DNA from: the human T2T-CHM13v2.0 reference genome, Homo sapiens
Assembly (NCBI RefSeq): GCF_009914755.1
Contig: NC_060930.1
Direction: 5' to 3' (one strand)
Length of the DNA: 64,000 bases
The notes below the pieces were generated by a model. It made no database searches. It was given only the letters and a program-made list of their open reading frames with translations, and was not told where the DNA came from. Made by a program: the position numbers and the translations under genes. Shown here one piece after another: positions 44,196 to 62,299 of this stretch; the stretch's first letter is position 1, and every line of letters starts with the position of its first letter.

Positions 44196-46794
44196 CAAAT
44201 ACCATTTCCCTCCTCCTAATGCCCATAAGATTGTTGGAATAAAGCTTAGAGTTCAAAAAAATAACAATCTTCTGATAGGAGGAAAATATCTGTATTCTCT
44301 ACCATCTTTTTTCCCTTCAAACACATATAATATAACTCATATGACTGAATGTTTAGAACAAGGTTCTTGAAGTTGCCAGTTTGGGAATTCCATGACTTAG
44401 TGCACCAGTGGCTTCTGTGACCTTAATAGAACCTCTGGGCCAGTGCTCATTCATTTCTGAAATAGACACAATACTGGAAAACATCTTTATTTCACAAGGG
44501 TGCTTTTTGCACTACTGAAAAAAAAATCTTTTTAAGTTACACAAGATGAAAGTACTATTGTTATTAAATATGTGATGAATTGTTAGTAATTCATATTCTG
44601 TGATGTTGTAAGAATCAGTAGCTTCAGGAGGCAAACACTCTCAAGAGTCTTGGGCAGAAGAAACTGTATAATGGCAATTGAATTAGCTGCTAAATTGGAA
44701 ATAAATCATTGAGAAAACCCAGTATCCCTTTGGAAACAGAAGAAGCTATTATATCTCAGTAGAATACTTATAACACTGGAAGAGAAGTTTAATATGATCT
44801 CATTTCTTGCCCATATCTGTAAGAGTCAAGTGCTTCACTGGGACATAGCCAAGACATTTTCTTTTATAGAGCAATGCACTGTCAAGGTATTTTTTAAATA
44901 TTTAATCTAATATTTGCAGGACCTTTGTTCACATTAAGAAATTGATACATACTAATTAATTTTGTCACATACATATGAATATATTGCTAACCTGTGTGAT
45001 CAGTAAATGTTTTAAAATTTGCAAATGGTAAAATAAATACTGAATAAAACCTCCCCAAAGTTCATAAGGTTTTTTTGTAAGTTGTAAAATTTCAGCCTGA
45101 GAAGAGATGAACTTTTTATTTAAGATAAAACAAATTTTGATAGGAAAATTCATATTTTAAATAAGACCAATACTTACTGGTGAGGAAACGAAGTTTATAA
45201 TCTTTGCAGGAAGTTATAGTTAAAATACTGAATGCACTAATTATAAACATTCCTTTAAAGTTCTTCATGAAAACCCTGAAACTTGAAATCATAGCCATAA
45301 ATCACCTCTTTCTAAACTCTCCTAGTGGATCCTGACTAGCAGCACTGAACAGCAGAAATTCCTTGTTTCATTGGTCAGATTTTTGTTAAATCACCAGGTT
45401 CTCTCTAAAATACTAGAAATATGAAGACAGGTTAGGTATGATTTTACTTCTTGATAAGGGGCCTACAGTCTAGATAAGAATAAAAGCCAAAGGAAATAGT
45501 TCAAATAAAATAATATAGCTGCTGTGATAGAAGTCTGTATACAACATAATGCAAACATAAAGAAGTCACTCTACCTGGCAGAGATAAAGGGAAGTAAACA
45601 TTAATAAAGGAGGTGATATTAGATGTAAACTTTGCTAACGAGGTAGATGTTCTTAAGGTGGACAGGAACAGGAAATGGTAGGTCAGGTAGAGGAGTTGGA
45701 ATGACCAAAATCATAGATGAATACAATTCTCCAGTAGATCTGAGAATTGTGCATGGGGAAACAGTTTTTGCTTGGGACCAAGACTCAAAGGGAGGGGAGG
45801 TAGCTTTTTAACTTGAGCAGATGCAAGCAGATGGTGGAAGAACAGATACGCCATAATGCCAGAGTTTCAGAACTGTGCACCGAGGCAACTCAGGATGCCA
45901 GAGAAGACAATCAGTAACACCATAGGATACATTCAATTTCAGGAGGAAACACAGCAATATCTGTGAAACAACATAAACACTACTTCTGTTAAGTTGCCAG
46001 AATCTAACTACTCAATAAATAAAACTGCTCAATATTTATTTTGGCTGAGAAGTGCTTTGAAGAATGGACTCCAAGAAGCAAGAAAGTTTGGAAATCATGG
46101 CCTGAATGGGTTTTTAAAAATAGGGAAATTCAGAAGAATTTTAAGTAGGGGAATAAAATGGGCAAATATGTATTAAGGGATGCTCATTCTGGCAGCAATG
46201 GGAGCATACATTAGAGATTTGCCATTTTGGATAAAATATGAGATGTCTAGTAGATGATGGGAATCAAAAATTAAAGGGACAACTGTTATTACTTAGGTGG
46301 CTCTCAATTTCCGTGTTTTCTTTTAATATGCTAGAGGTTTTTGGCAAGACTCTTGAAATTAGTAAGTTATATTCACATTTACTTAAGATCTTCATTTAGT
46401 CACATTTTATTCACTGTTTGGCTATTTGAGTAAAGCCATTTACAGTCTGACACAGAGCAGCAGTCTGGCAGAGAGCAACATTTTTGCATGTCCCAGTAAT
46501 ATGGCGCGTTTAAAGTACTAGGTTGGCATCACACTATACCTTTAACTTACTTTACAAAGAAAGTCAATATTCTACTAATTGAAAGCCAGTGATTTAGACC
46601 AATCAGACTAATGGAAACCACTCAGCACATATAACTCACACAATATCTTCACACTTAAGCAGAATTCCTGGTTACCCACATCCCAAAGCTTCCCTTGCTA
46701 CTGAAGTCCTTATTTGTAATATCATTTTATGACTTCAGCAACCCAAGTCCTATATTAAAAGACAGCTGAAAATATGTTATGGTTAATATTTAGT

Positions 46795-47030
46795 GGGTTA
46801 AAATTTATTTCTATGAGCCAGGCACTCTTCTCAACATTTGGCATCCATTATTTTACTTATTCCCTACACCCATACCATGATGAAGATGCTATGATTAGTG
46901 TTCCCAATTTACACATAAAGAAACTGAAACACAAATTTAAGTGTCCCAGGTCACATGAATACAAAGGTGGATCTGAGACACAAGCAAGATTTTATGACTC
47001 CAGAGTCCATAGTCCTAACAACAACTCTAT
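46795..47030 (-). mobile_element. MIR SINE
   Basis: GAGCCAGGCACT...CCCAATTTACACATAAGAAACTGAAACAC...TGACTCCAGAGTCC. Confidence 0.7.
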
Positions 47031-47663
47031 ATCTCTTCCATGTGGGAGCAATAACTAAATTTTGTGTTTATTTGTAATTATTTATTTTAAACATTTTATG
47101 TGTACCTATTTGTAAAGTTCTCTTTGACTTAGATAAATTGAATAAAAGTGGTATTAACTTCATTGTAAGGAAAATGTAATTATGGAGACATATGTTAATA
47201 AAAAAATATAAGCCTGACTAGAGCAGTTAGAGGGAGATAACATTAAAAAGGCAGCTTCGCTAGCCGTGATACTTTCGTGCTCATGGCATAGTCCTTAAGT
47301 TTGTGAATGCAAGAAATGGGCTTTTCAATTCTTTTAGATTTACAAGGTCTTCAGGTGCTGGTTGACATTAATACAGTCATTAAGCACTGATGTTTAATTT
47401 CAAATGTTAACATGTGGACACTGACATACTAGACTAGTCACCAGAATTCTTGTGCCTACCAGTTGGGCACTTGATTATATCAAAGTGCTTGAAAGAAATA
47501 TTTGAAAAATAAATCAAATGGTTGGAAAATCATACGATGATCATAAAGTTAGATCAAAGAAAAGCAGAAGGTCTTTAGAAGTAATTCATTCTTGCTATGA
47601 TAAAGCTTAAATACTTATAACAAAGTATGTCCTTAAAACTGAGGTGATCAAGGGTGGGGAAAG

Positions 47664-52490
<4,827 letters not shown>

Positions 52491-55400
52491 GTTTAAGGTG
52501 AAAGTGGGTGATTGTAAAGAAAGGAGAAAACTTGATAAAGAACAAGGGAAAAGAGGAAATGCAAATTTGGAAACACAAATATTTTTAAATACCTATTTAT
52601 CTACTAATTAATAGATAGGAATACAGAGATTATGAGTGACAACTACAAGAAAGGATTTAGGACTGGTTATATAGTGAATAGATGTTTTCTTGAGAGCATT
52701 GATAGATTTTTGTGTTTAGCTATAAAGGGGAGAAGTATTTGGAGGTTTTCAACCATAGATACATTTGCGAGGCTTTTAAAAAATTACTACCACTTAATGA
52801 ATCTTACCCTGTGGCAGTGAGTAAGTGAATACTTTGAATATATTAGTAAAAAGATAACTTTTCATATATTAGCTCATACAATTTAACTATTTTTGGCATA
52901 GCATTTGTTAGAAATAGAAAACTTTTGTAATAAAGAACAAAAGCTCTTTATAAAAATTATTGTTATAAAAACTAAATGGAGACTTTTTTAAGTGTAAAGT
53001 TATTTCTGTTTTGCGGAGAAATAAATACCAAAGAACCACAGCTACAGTTCCAGGTTCAAGGTGGCAAGCCGACTCCTAAGACAGAGATCAGCTTTAATCT
53101 ATTGCTACATTTGTTTATTTTTTGACAGGATACAGGCAGAAACTATAGCAACTAGAGCATCTTCAACTTATCTTTTTCTTGCTCAGCAACTTCCAAGTAC
53201 ACAGGTTGTCTGCCTCACTACATGGATATTTAGTTTCCATGGATGAGAGTCAAGATGTGTGTAGATCACCTTGACAGGTAAAAGCAACAGGCTGTGCTTT
53301 CCAGTAATCCTTTGTGCTGTTCAAGTCTATAGGCCCAAACATGCATGCCCACTTGTAGCTCTCCTAACCCAGAGCTGACTTCATTCAACATACAGAAATA
53401 CCATTTCTCATTTTTGTTGCTTCATTCCTCCCAAAACAAGAGTGCTATGGGAAACTGAGGTCACTCTCCGAGAAGTCCATATCAGACCAGGCTAATGTTA
53501 AATTCTTACTTACAGTTTCATCTCCATGACCTCAAGTCAATGTTTCACAAAACATACTCCTTAAATGTTCCTTGGTATTTTTTCTGATAGGCACATCTCT
53601 AATATTTTGTACACAGGAAAAAACAAACTACACTTGTGACCACCAAGTTTGTACTGTTAGTATAGTTATCTTCTTCCCAAAACATGTTCATCTTAACTGA
53701 CATACTAGACAAGTCTTTTGATGCCTTATTAGTGAATTACAGTCTCCCTCTCACTCAATATCACATATATCTTTTAAAAGTTTTTAGGGACACTTAGACG
53801 TGTGTTTAGTTTCTCTAAGGACAATTAGTTTCTATGGGGTTATCATCAAGTTGGGATCTCAAATCAGTTTCTCAAAATATCTTTTGATCCTGAGGGGTCA
53901 TGATCATTATACATTTTATTTCCTTTAATTTCCATATATGAGGCCATAAAATACTTTATTATACCAAATAGCAGTAGATGAGAGATTAAAGTAATGCTTA
54001 GCACACAAACTACTTGTTAACATTACAGCAGATAGCAGCAGATATTAAAGTAATACATAGCACACCAAACACTTATTTTTATTACAGTATAATTTCCTCA
54101 TCCTTCCCAACAGAACTATCTCTTGCCCATATGCCATACATTTTCAATGACAGGAATAGTCACTACAGTATTCAGTAAATCCAGAATTCTTTCTGTCCTG
54201 GGGGCCTAATCATACCTCTGCTATGAAGAAGCAGGATTTTATTGACACTGGTTCCCACATATAAAAGTAGAGCACAACCAATTCACCCTATAGAGAGGAC
54301 ACAGTGTTGGTCTTTTGATGGCCACTAACTGCATCACAGGAAATGCTGGCTCTTTTTAAATTCATGGTGTATATATTGTAAGGGAACGATAACAGGATCA
54401 CTTGTTCCAGTGACATCCTGCTATAGTTCAGGTGGTCCTTACCATTTTAATATTGCATCTGTCTGGCTTGGACTTCTAAAGCACTCAGGCATTTTCCTTT
54501 AAACACAATAGAAATAAAGTGTAGCAGAGAGCACTTCCTGGATGAGCATACAGGCCCTCTCCCATAGGTTTTGTACAGGATAATGTCCCAAATGACTTTT
54601 CTTCCCTCCAGATAAAAATAAAGCCTCACCAAATCCTTTTCCCACTCTTATAAATAGATGATAGGTTTGCAAAGGTAAAAGATAACAGGTCCTCCTCTAC
54701 CACTAGGCAATAAAGCAGCACTTAGGGTCAGTCCTACCTTGGTCACACTGGGCAAAATAACTGTCTACATGTCCTTAGGAAAACATATACCCAAGTGCAA
54801 AGGAATAAAGTATCTTAAGTAGTATGCTCCCTTTCGTTGGAAGAAGGGCAAATGCAATGTTTGTCTAATGCACTTGATCTGATAACAGAAAAGGAAAGGT
54901 TTGTAAGGTATGAAAGACGAAGATTTATGTCACAGTATCATTTCCCAACCCTTTATTCCTGGTACACAAAAAGCTTTCTTAAGGCTGTTCCGCCCTCAAT
55001 GTCTCCCATGTTTAGGTGAAGCACATACCCCCTTATAAGCTTCCCAGCCAGCCCTTCTTATCCTTCACTTCCTTAGCATCCTCTGTCTTTCAAAATGAAT
55101 GTTTTAGTTGACTATTCCAATTTTTAATTAAGCCACTCCTATGTGGCTGGTAGGAGTATATGTCCATTACATATGGTTCTTTTTGTCTCATTTTGGAAAC
55201 TTGGCCATGGTGAAATTCATTCCCTATGAAATATAGTGGGGGGACTCAAAACACTCATCTATCCCCAGAAAGACTCATTGGAATACTCCAGGAGTAATGA
55301 ACTGGGTTCAGTATAATCCATCTGCCAGTGATGTGCTTGCCATTGACCTCAGGGAATTCTCTCCAGTGCCATTTTTGGACCTTTTTTTCTTCTTGATCGC

Positions 55401-56109
55401 ATTCAGGACAGCCTGTCACAATAGTAATGGCTTTTCTGGGTAGCACTGGTCTATGCCATTGCTTCCAATTGTCGTGGCATGGCTTGAGCACCACTGTGAC
55501 AGCTCATCTCATACACTCAACTGATTTTCTCCTTTGGGAGACCAGGGCATCTACTTTGGCTTTCTAGCGCTCCTCTGAGACACTACTGGCTGTTCTTTGT
55601 AGGCATCTAGAAATGTGCTTCTCCCCAGGAGTTTCCATAAAGACTTCCACAATTGCATCTCTTCACATGAAGATAATCTTGTGTATCTATGTATCAAGGA
55701 AGCATTTGCCTGTCTGACCCTGCAACACAGTCCTAGGGAAAGCCCAGGAGGCTTTAATATTTAGACACAAGCCTGAGGCCAAGAACCAAGTTCTTCCTGA
55801 ACCATTAACATATAACATATACTGACCTCTATTCAGGCCACTGTGTATGCTTATCATTGTGTCTTCAGCTCAGATTTTTACAGTACATTGGAGGTTAGCT
55901 GTAGCCTTCCATATAGAGTCCCATCATTCAGTGCAAGGACTCTCATTAGCAAATAAGTCAGATATTTTGTCTCAGCAGGGTTCAGAACCTTTGGCAATAA
56001 GAGTGGGTAGCTCCTCCAGAGTGCCACTGTAGAGGCAGAGATGTTACCTGCTCATGGATAGAGTGCATTTCCTCAGAGTCTATCTTTTTTAGCATGTTCC
56101 CAAATATAT

Positions 56110-56460
56110 TTTATCAGTCCGTTCTCACACTGCTAATAAAGACACACCCAAGACTGGATAATTTATAAAGAAAAGAGGTTTAATTTTTCAGCATGGCTGA
56201 CAAGGCATCAGGAAACTTAAAATCATGGTGGCAGGAAGGAGAAGAATGAGAGCCAAGTGAAGAGGGAAGTCCCTTATAAAACCACCAGATCTATAAGAAC
56301 TTACTATCATGAGAATAGCATAGGGAAACTGCTATCATGATTCAGTTATCTCCCACTGGGTCCCTCCCACGACATGTAGAAATTATGAGAAAGTATGTGG
56401 AAGTTATGGGAGCCACAATTCAAGATGGGATTTGTGTGGGGATACAGCCAAACTGTATCA
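56110..56460 (-). mobile_element. THE1D/MSTA-type MaLR solo LTR
   Basis: AGTCCGTTCTCACACTGCTAATAAAGAC...GGGGATACAGCCAAACTGTATCA with 5-bp TSD TATAT (56105-56109, 56461-56465). Confidence 0.92.
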
Positions 56461-58883
56461 TATATCATTCATATTTTACCAGGGAACTTGTTGTACAACT
56501 CCCTTTCTATTGGAATCTCTTTTTATATCACCCATGAGACTGTAGATAACTCAAGCCTCAAGTCACCATAGGTAATGCAATGTAATCTGATGCTCTTTGG
56601 GTATGAGGGCTGTTTCTTACTAGAGCCAAAAAGCATGCTAATGCCTGTATCTCAAATAGGCTGTTCTCAGACACAATATCATCAATTTTTTTTAGTCCAG
56701 AACTCCTGCAACCACCTATAAGTAGCATTCTAAGGCTTTGGCTAGGGACTCCAGTCTATGTGTATTTTAGTAGTGGACTTCTCTAAAACTGCTGGTTGTA
56801 TCAGGATTATAAAATCCCAAAAAGACAGCTTGGCCTACCCTCTGCTCTGGATATCATTCAAATCCATTGCTTTTTCTAGTCACTTTGTATATCGGGGCCA
56901 ACAGGATTTCCAAATATGGCATATGTGTCCTAGAATCCAAACAACTCTTTGAGAGTTTGTGCCTCTCTTGCTAGTAAAAATGGGTCAGGACAATTTGTTC
57001 TTTACTGTGTGTGAAGTGCCTCTAGTGGCCAGAGTATTCCTAGAGAAAAGACTGACCAATCTGGGTCCTGAATCTTAATCAGATTTTTTAGACATCCTTA
57101 TCTAGTCCTATTGCAGCTATTGTTTGTAAATCCTCCTTGCCTCCATTCTCAGCTTACTTTCTGAGAGGGGAGGTATCATCGTATCATCAGCTTCATGAAT
57201 CAATGGGCTTTCAGAAATGAAGAGACTCAAATCTTGTCTTATAGGGCAGTAGCTAAATCCTGGAGAATGTGCATAACCTTAGAGGAAGATAGTAAAGTAT
57301 ATGTAATGAAATATCTCTCATGCAGATAAAAATGATGCTTGGCATTTTTTCCAGATTCTATTATCAAAGCACATTCCCTGCCGAACCTCCTGGTAGTTTT
57401 TAATCATGTCTGGCATAACAGAGACTTTGGGGAAAATTGTTTCACTTAATTCTGCATTTTCTCACAGGACAGACAGGACTAACGTGAAGAGAATTGATGG
57501 GGATGAGCACAACTGTTTCCATGACCTCTTTAATCATGACTGAGATTTCCTGCTACTTTCCTGGAAAATGATGCAGTTTAGTATTTACTACAGAAAAGGG
57601 CAATTGTAAAGCCTCCCACTTAACAGATCTGATAAAAACCTGGCAAAGGGCAAATCCCTAGCATTCAGCTATAGACCACTAAGAAGGGCAAGACCTTCTG
57701 CTTTTGCTTCATAACCTTTCCAGTTATTCATTCAAGCAGAGAATAGCAGCACTATTCTTATCTATTTCCACTATTTCCTTATCATGTTCCTCTCTGGTGC
57801 TCTACTAGGGCCTTGGAGTCTTCCCTCACAGTATCTCCTTCCCACCCCAGCCCTTAGCTTCCTCTTTGGCTTCTTAACATTGTGTTTTTGCTCCCTACAT
57901 GTATTATAGTACTTTATGTACCGATATTCAATTGTCTCAAAATGTTTTGTTCACCAACCCTAGGATATTCGACTTTAACCAAAGCACATGGTCTTTGAAC
58001 TGATCTGTGGGATAGGACAAAATATCCTAGCCTTCAAGTTAATCTTTATTGGTTTCTACTGTTTCTACCAATGGTGTTTATTTAGCACACTTTTTATTCA
58101 GCACTTTTCTTAGCACAAAGTTTATTCACAACTTTTGTTCTTACAGCATCATTGGATTTTTTAGTAGTGGACTTCTCTAAAACTACTGGTAATGTCAGGT
58201 TTATAAAACATAATACCAAAGGGACAGCTTGACTTGCCTTCTTCTCTGGATCTCATTCAAATCCATTTCTTTTTCTAGTCTCTTTGTATACTGGGGCCAA
58301 CGTATGTGTCCTCCAGAATCCAAACAGCCCTTTGAGCCTTTGTGCCTCTTTTACTAGTAAAAACGAGTCAGGATAATTTGTTCTTTACTGTTTGTGAAAT
58401 GCTTCTAGTGGCCCTAGGCCAGATTATTCCCAGAGAAAGGACTGACTAATCTGGGTTAAACTCACACAGATTGGCTTAAAGGGATCATATCTCATGGGAT
58501 TCATTAAGGAAGGCAGCTGGCAGATACGGAGCAAATGTTCCTTTTCCCAACTGGTGATAATGAGCCAGTAAATCTTTTCAGATAATTCAATAAATTTCTT
58601 ATCTTTTCATCTTGTGTCTTAACAATAAATTTCTTATCTTTTCATCCTGTGTCTTAACAGCCACCTAATGACAGCTGTATCTGATTCACCCTTTTCTTAT
58701 ATCTTTAACTGCCCCCTCCCCTTGCCTTTCTTTGACTATCCATTTTAACGGTTTCCTAGGAGATAAATCTAGGTAACTCAGCCATCCAGGCATGAAATGT
58801 TCATCAAAATCTGCTCCCCAACCCTATCCTGTCCTATTTCCTGCATCACAATGATTTGACTCAAGGGCCTGAAAGCCAAGGCT

Positions 58884-58896
58884 ACTTCTGACACCA
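58884..58896 (-). other. Primer-binding site (tRNA-Leu) of the ERVL element
   Basis: Plus-strand ACTTCTGACACCA equals minus-strand TGGTGTCAGAAGT, 1 nt from the LTR terminus at 58898. Confidence 0.8.
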
Positions 58897-59539
58897 TTGT
58901 CTAGCACAGCGTTTGTCTTCGGCTAGCAAGCTGAGTCAGGAGACACAGGCAAGCTTTAATATAATACTGTTTACTTAGCATTATAGAAGGAAATAGGCAA
59001 TACATGAAACAGGTGTACCATCTTCATCTCATCATCACCTCATCTCAGCAGCTACCCAAGTACAAAAAAGTAGTAAAAAAAAAAAAAAAGATTTCCTTTA
59101 CATCCTCACACACATATGTATGCATGGCTGCCACAAATGATTGCCAAGATGTGTGTGCAACCTTGAAACATGGAAGCTACAGCCTCTATTTCCCACCAAC
59201 TTTTTATACCATAGTTATCCCACAGGCTCAAAGCCCATGTGCATGACAACTCACAGCCCCTGTAACCTGAGGCAGATGTTGTGTTCCGCAAAACAAATGA
59301 GCCAGTCAAAACATTCCTCATTTGTCTTAAAACTACTGTTTCCATGGAAACAGTCCTATGAGAATCTAAGATCTTTCTGAAGCAGTCTTGATATGCAGGC
59401 TTAATAGTAACTCTTCATTCACAAAAGCTTTATACATACATATGTATGTATGTATGTATCTATATATGTGGTTAAAGGTGATGTGTTAATCACCTTTTTA
59501 AAATATCTGTATTTATATATTGTTTTCATTTACCACTAT

Positions 59540-60080
59540 CCTTTTGTCTAACCATTTCTAATTTATGAAACACAACACAAACAGAAAGGTGCACAAAATA
59601 TTAAATACAGTAAAATATAGTATGTATATATAAATCATCATGCATCCATCCCCCAGATTGAGAAACTGAACACTGTCATCACCTCCAAAGCCTCCAGGCT
59701 GTTACTTCCCAAACTAAGACTCCTCAATATTCCTTAGTCTTGTGCCTGTCTTTAACTTTTATAATAATCACAACTACATATTGTTTCAGTTTTATCACTA
59801 AGTACACATTGCTAAACAATACAGTTGGGTCTTTCCTATTTCAAATTTTTTATAAATACTACCTACTGATTTGTGTGTTTTTGATTTTTTTTTTTGCTCA
59901 ACATTCTCTAAGATTGTGCAGTGGCCATTTGCTTTTCATTACTATGCAGTATTCTATTATATAAAAATGTCACAATTTATTTAATTCAGTCTCTTATTAA
60001 TGGTTATTTGTTTTATTTCAAGTTAGGGTAACACAAAGAGTGCTCCTCATAATATTCTTTGCATTTCTTTAAGGCAAGCA
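59540..60080 (-). mobile_element. L1ME-like 3' fragment
   Basis: Antisense old L1 3'UTR motifs (CACAAACAGAAAGGTGCACAAAATA; GCAGTATTCTATTAT...CACAATTTATT). Confidence 0.6.
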
Positions 60081-60544
60081 TTATCACTTTTGTTTTGTTT
60101 TGTTTTTGTTTGTTTGTTTTAAACAAATAGAGTAATGGATAAAGAGAGAAAATGTCATTTACTTAATATCATGATGCTGGTAGAATTGGACTTTAAACCT
60201 AATTCTGAAGTCTCTGTGACTCCAGAGTCCATGTTCTCAATTTCTTCAATAGTTCTTGTAATAAGAAGCACGTTTTAATGAAAATAGTGACAATTGAGAT
60301 GAAGACAATTGACAAATTCAACCAGTTCTAAGAATACAGATTCAATATGATTTTGTGATTGAGGCAGTTGCTGAAGGAGATGGAAAAATCAATAGTAACA
60401 TTGATTAAGCACCTGGCTTGAGTAAGTGATTGGTGGTGTCATTTAGTGAAATACTAAATACAGAAAAATGACCAGGGTTGGCAGATCAGGAATTTAGATG
60501 GACTTGAACACACTGCATTTCGTACCTGCAAGACACCACTTGAC

Positions 60545-60790
60545 TAATAGTAATAGCTAGCATTATTGAAAACTAGCAATATGCCAGGAATTGTTCTGAA
60601 GTATTTACATGCATTAATTTGATTCTCACAACAAACCTATGAGGCAGATCCTATTATTGTGTCCATTTTATAGATGAGGAAAGAAAACTGAGGGAAACAA
60701 AAGCTTAGTAGAACCTCAATGTTACAAAGCTAGTAAATGAGATGTTTACTTAAGCAGCCACTTCTAAAATTCATATTCTTAAGCATAAAA
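60545..60790 (-). mobile_element. MIR SINE
   Basis: ATGCCAGG...TTCTCACAACAAACCTATGAGG...CCATTTTATAGATGAGGAAA. Confidence 0.8.
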
Positions 60791-60939
60791 TATGTAAAGT
60801 CTTTTGATAAAATGTCATGGGCAATAGGGAGTGAGCTATACAGAGGCTGAAGCTTAGGTAAGAGATCTGGGCTGGAATATAAATCTGAAAGTATTTACAT
60901 GTCATTGAATATATGTAAGTTCAATTACATCATTAATTA

Positions 60940-61137
60940 TGAGCCATAGGTGATTTTGCCCCCTAGGAGACATTTGGCAGTGTTTGAAGACATTTTGTTT
61001 GTCATAACTGGGGTGGGTGCTAATAGTATCTAGTCTGGGGGGTGGGGCAGGGAATTTGCTAAACATCCTACAATGCACATGATTGGCCCTCACCACAAGA
61101 AATTATCCTGTTCAAAATGTTAAATTGAGAAACCCTG
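60940..61137 (+). mobile_element. MER20 hAT-Charlie MITE
   Basis: GGGTGATTTTGCCCCCTAGGAGACATTTGGCA...TGAGAAACCCTG. Confidence 0.88.
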
Positions 61138-61393
61138 TCCTACACAGATTAATCATTGGATGGAGGCCCACCTAGGAAGGAAGAGTGATGCGGACTAGGA
61201 AACTCTTCAGCTGAGACTTGTCTACTGACAGCACTTACAGCAGCTCTGGTAATAAGTTCTTTATTCCTAACTAGGAATGTATCAGTGTGTCACAGCATCT
61301 GTCATGATTATGGAAGGGAGATAAAGAAACACAGCCAGATGGGTCCCTGACGCAGGGGGAACCCTGCTTTCAACCACCTGCTGGGTTCAACAG

Positions 61394-61950
61394 TGTATGA
61401 AGTCATGCCTTTCCATTTCCTGCAATTCTGATGCTTTGACATCTCAGGGTTTTGCTGATCCTGGAAAGCCTACCCCTTCCAGGACTAGCCATCTCCTGGC
61501 TCCTATGTAGCCATATCCTACATAGTAAATGACTGGCCCAGGACTGTGAGATTCATATGCAAACCAACAATGCAGAGCTTTCACACCCCACAACCTCCTC
61601 TAGGAGGCTGTCACACTCAGGGCCACTATGCGCTGCCCTAATCACTCCAGAGTCAAATACTAGACAACTAGGGACAGTTCCTATACCCCAGAGTCTGCTG
61701 GGATTATTTAAACAAGCCAATTCTAAACCTGTTTACCTTGCTGCAGAAACCAAAATAAAGGCTCTTGCTCACGCTCTCCATCACCCCTCAAATCCTTCTG
61801 CCTCCTGACTGAATCTGGTGCTTCCCAGCATGGCCTTGTGTGGCATGGCATACCCCTTCCTCTTGGGAACAAACTGTCTATACAATGGCCAGTGTCTCCT
61901 GATTTTTGGCGTCACAATACCTGAATAATAATGAAACCTACATTTTAAAC
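61394..61950 (+). mobile_element. MER74-like ERVL solo LTR
   Basis: TTCTGATGCTTTGACATCTCAGGG...GCTGATCCTGG start, AATAAAGGCTCTTGC poly(A) region, ...AAACCTACATTTTAAAC end. Confidence 0.7.
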
Positions 61951-62299
61951 TGACTAGGTTGTTTGAATGATTAATTTATTTCTGTTGGGGTTTTATTTGT
62001 ACGTATGTCTTTTATTTCTTCTTTTTGTATTGAAAGCATTTAAAAACTCTCTGCACGAGATTTGGTGGTCGAGTGGGTGCTATATTTACTATATTAATGC
62101 AAATTTTCATTTTTTAAAAATCTGTTTAATCTCCATGATAAAAAGTATATCCACACATGGTATTTGTTATAAACATTATAGATGCACTGTCGTTGTCTTA
62201 TTCACTATCTACCTATTGCTAATACATTCCACCTCTCTGATTTTGAGTCAGATAGTTTATGCGCATAAAGCTTCTACCAAATATTTAATGAAGTATTGT

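Larger units (their letters stand above)
53026..59423 (-). mobile_element. Ancient ERVL-class provirus (LTR-internal-LTR), decayed pol
   Basis: Homologous terminal segments at ~53026-53514 and 58898-59423. PBS-Leu at 58884-58896 (minus). Minus-strand translations VVLIPINSLHVSPVCPVRK (~57460-57515), YFTIFL*GYAHSP (~57261-57300, LPQG box) and IHEADDTM (~57176-57200, YxDD box). Confidence 0.78.
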
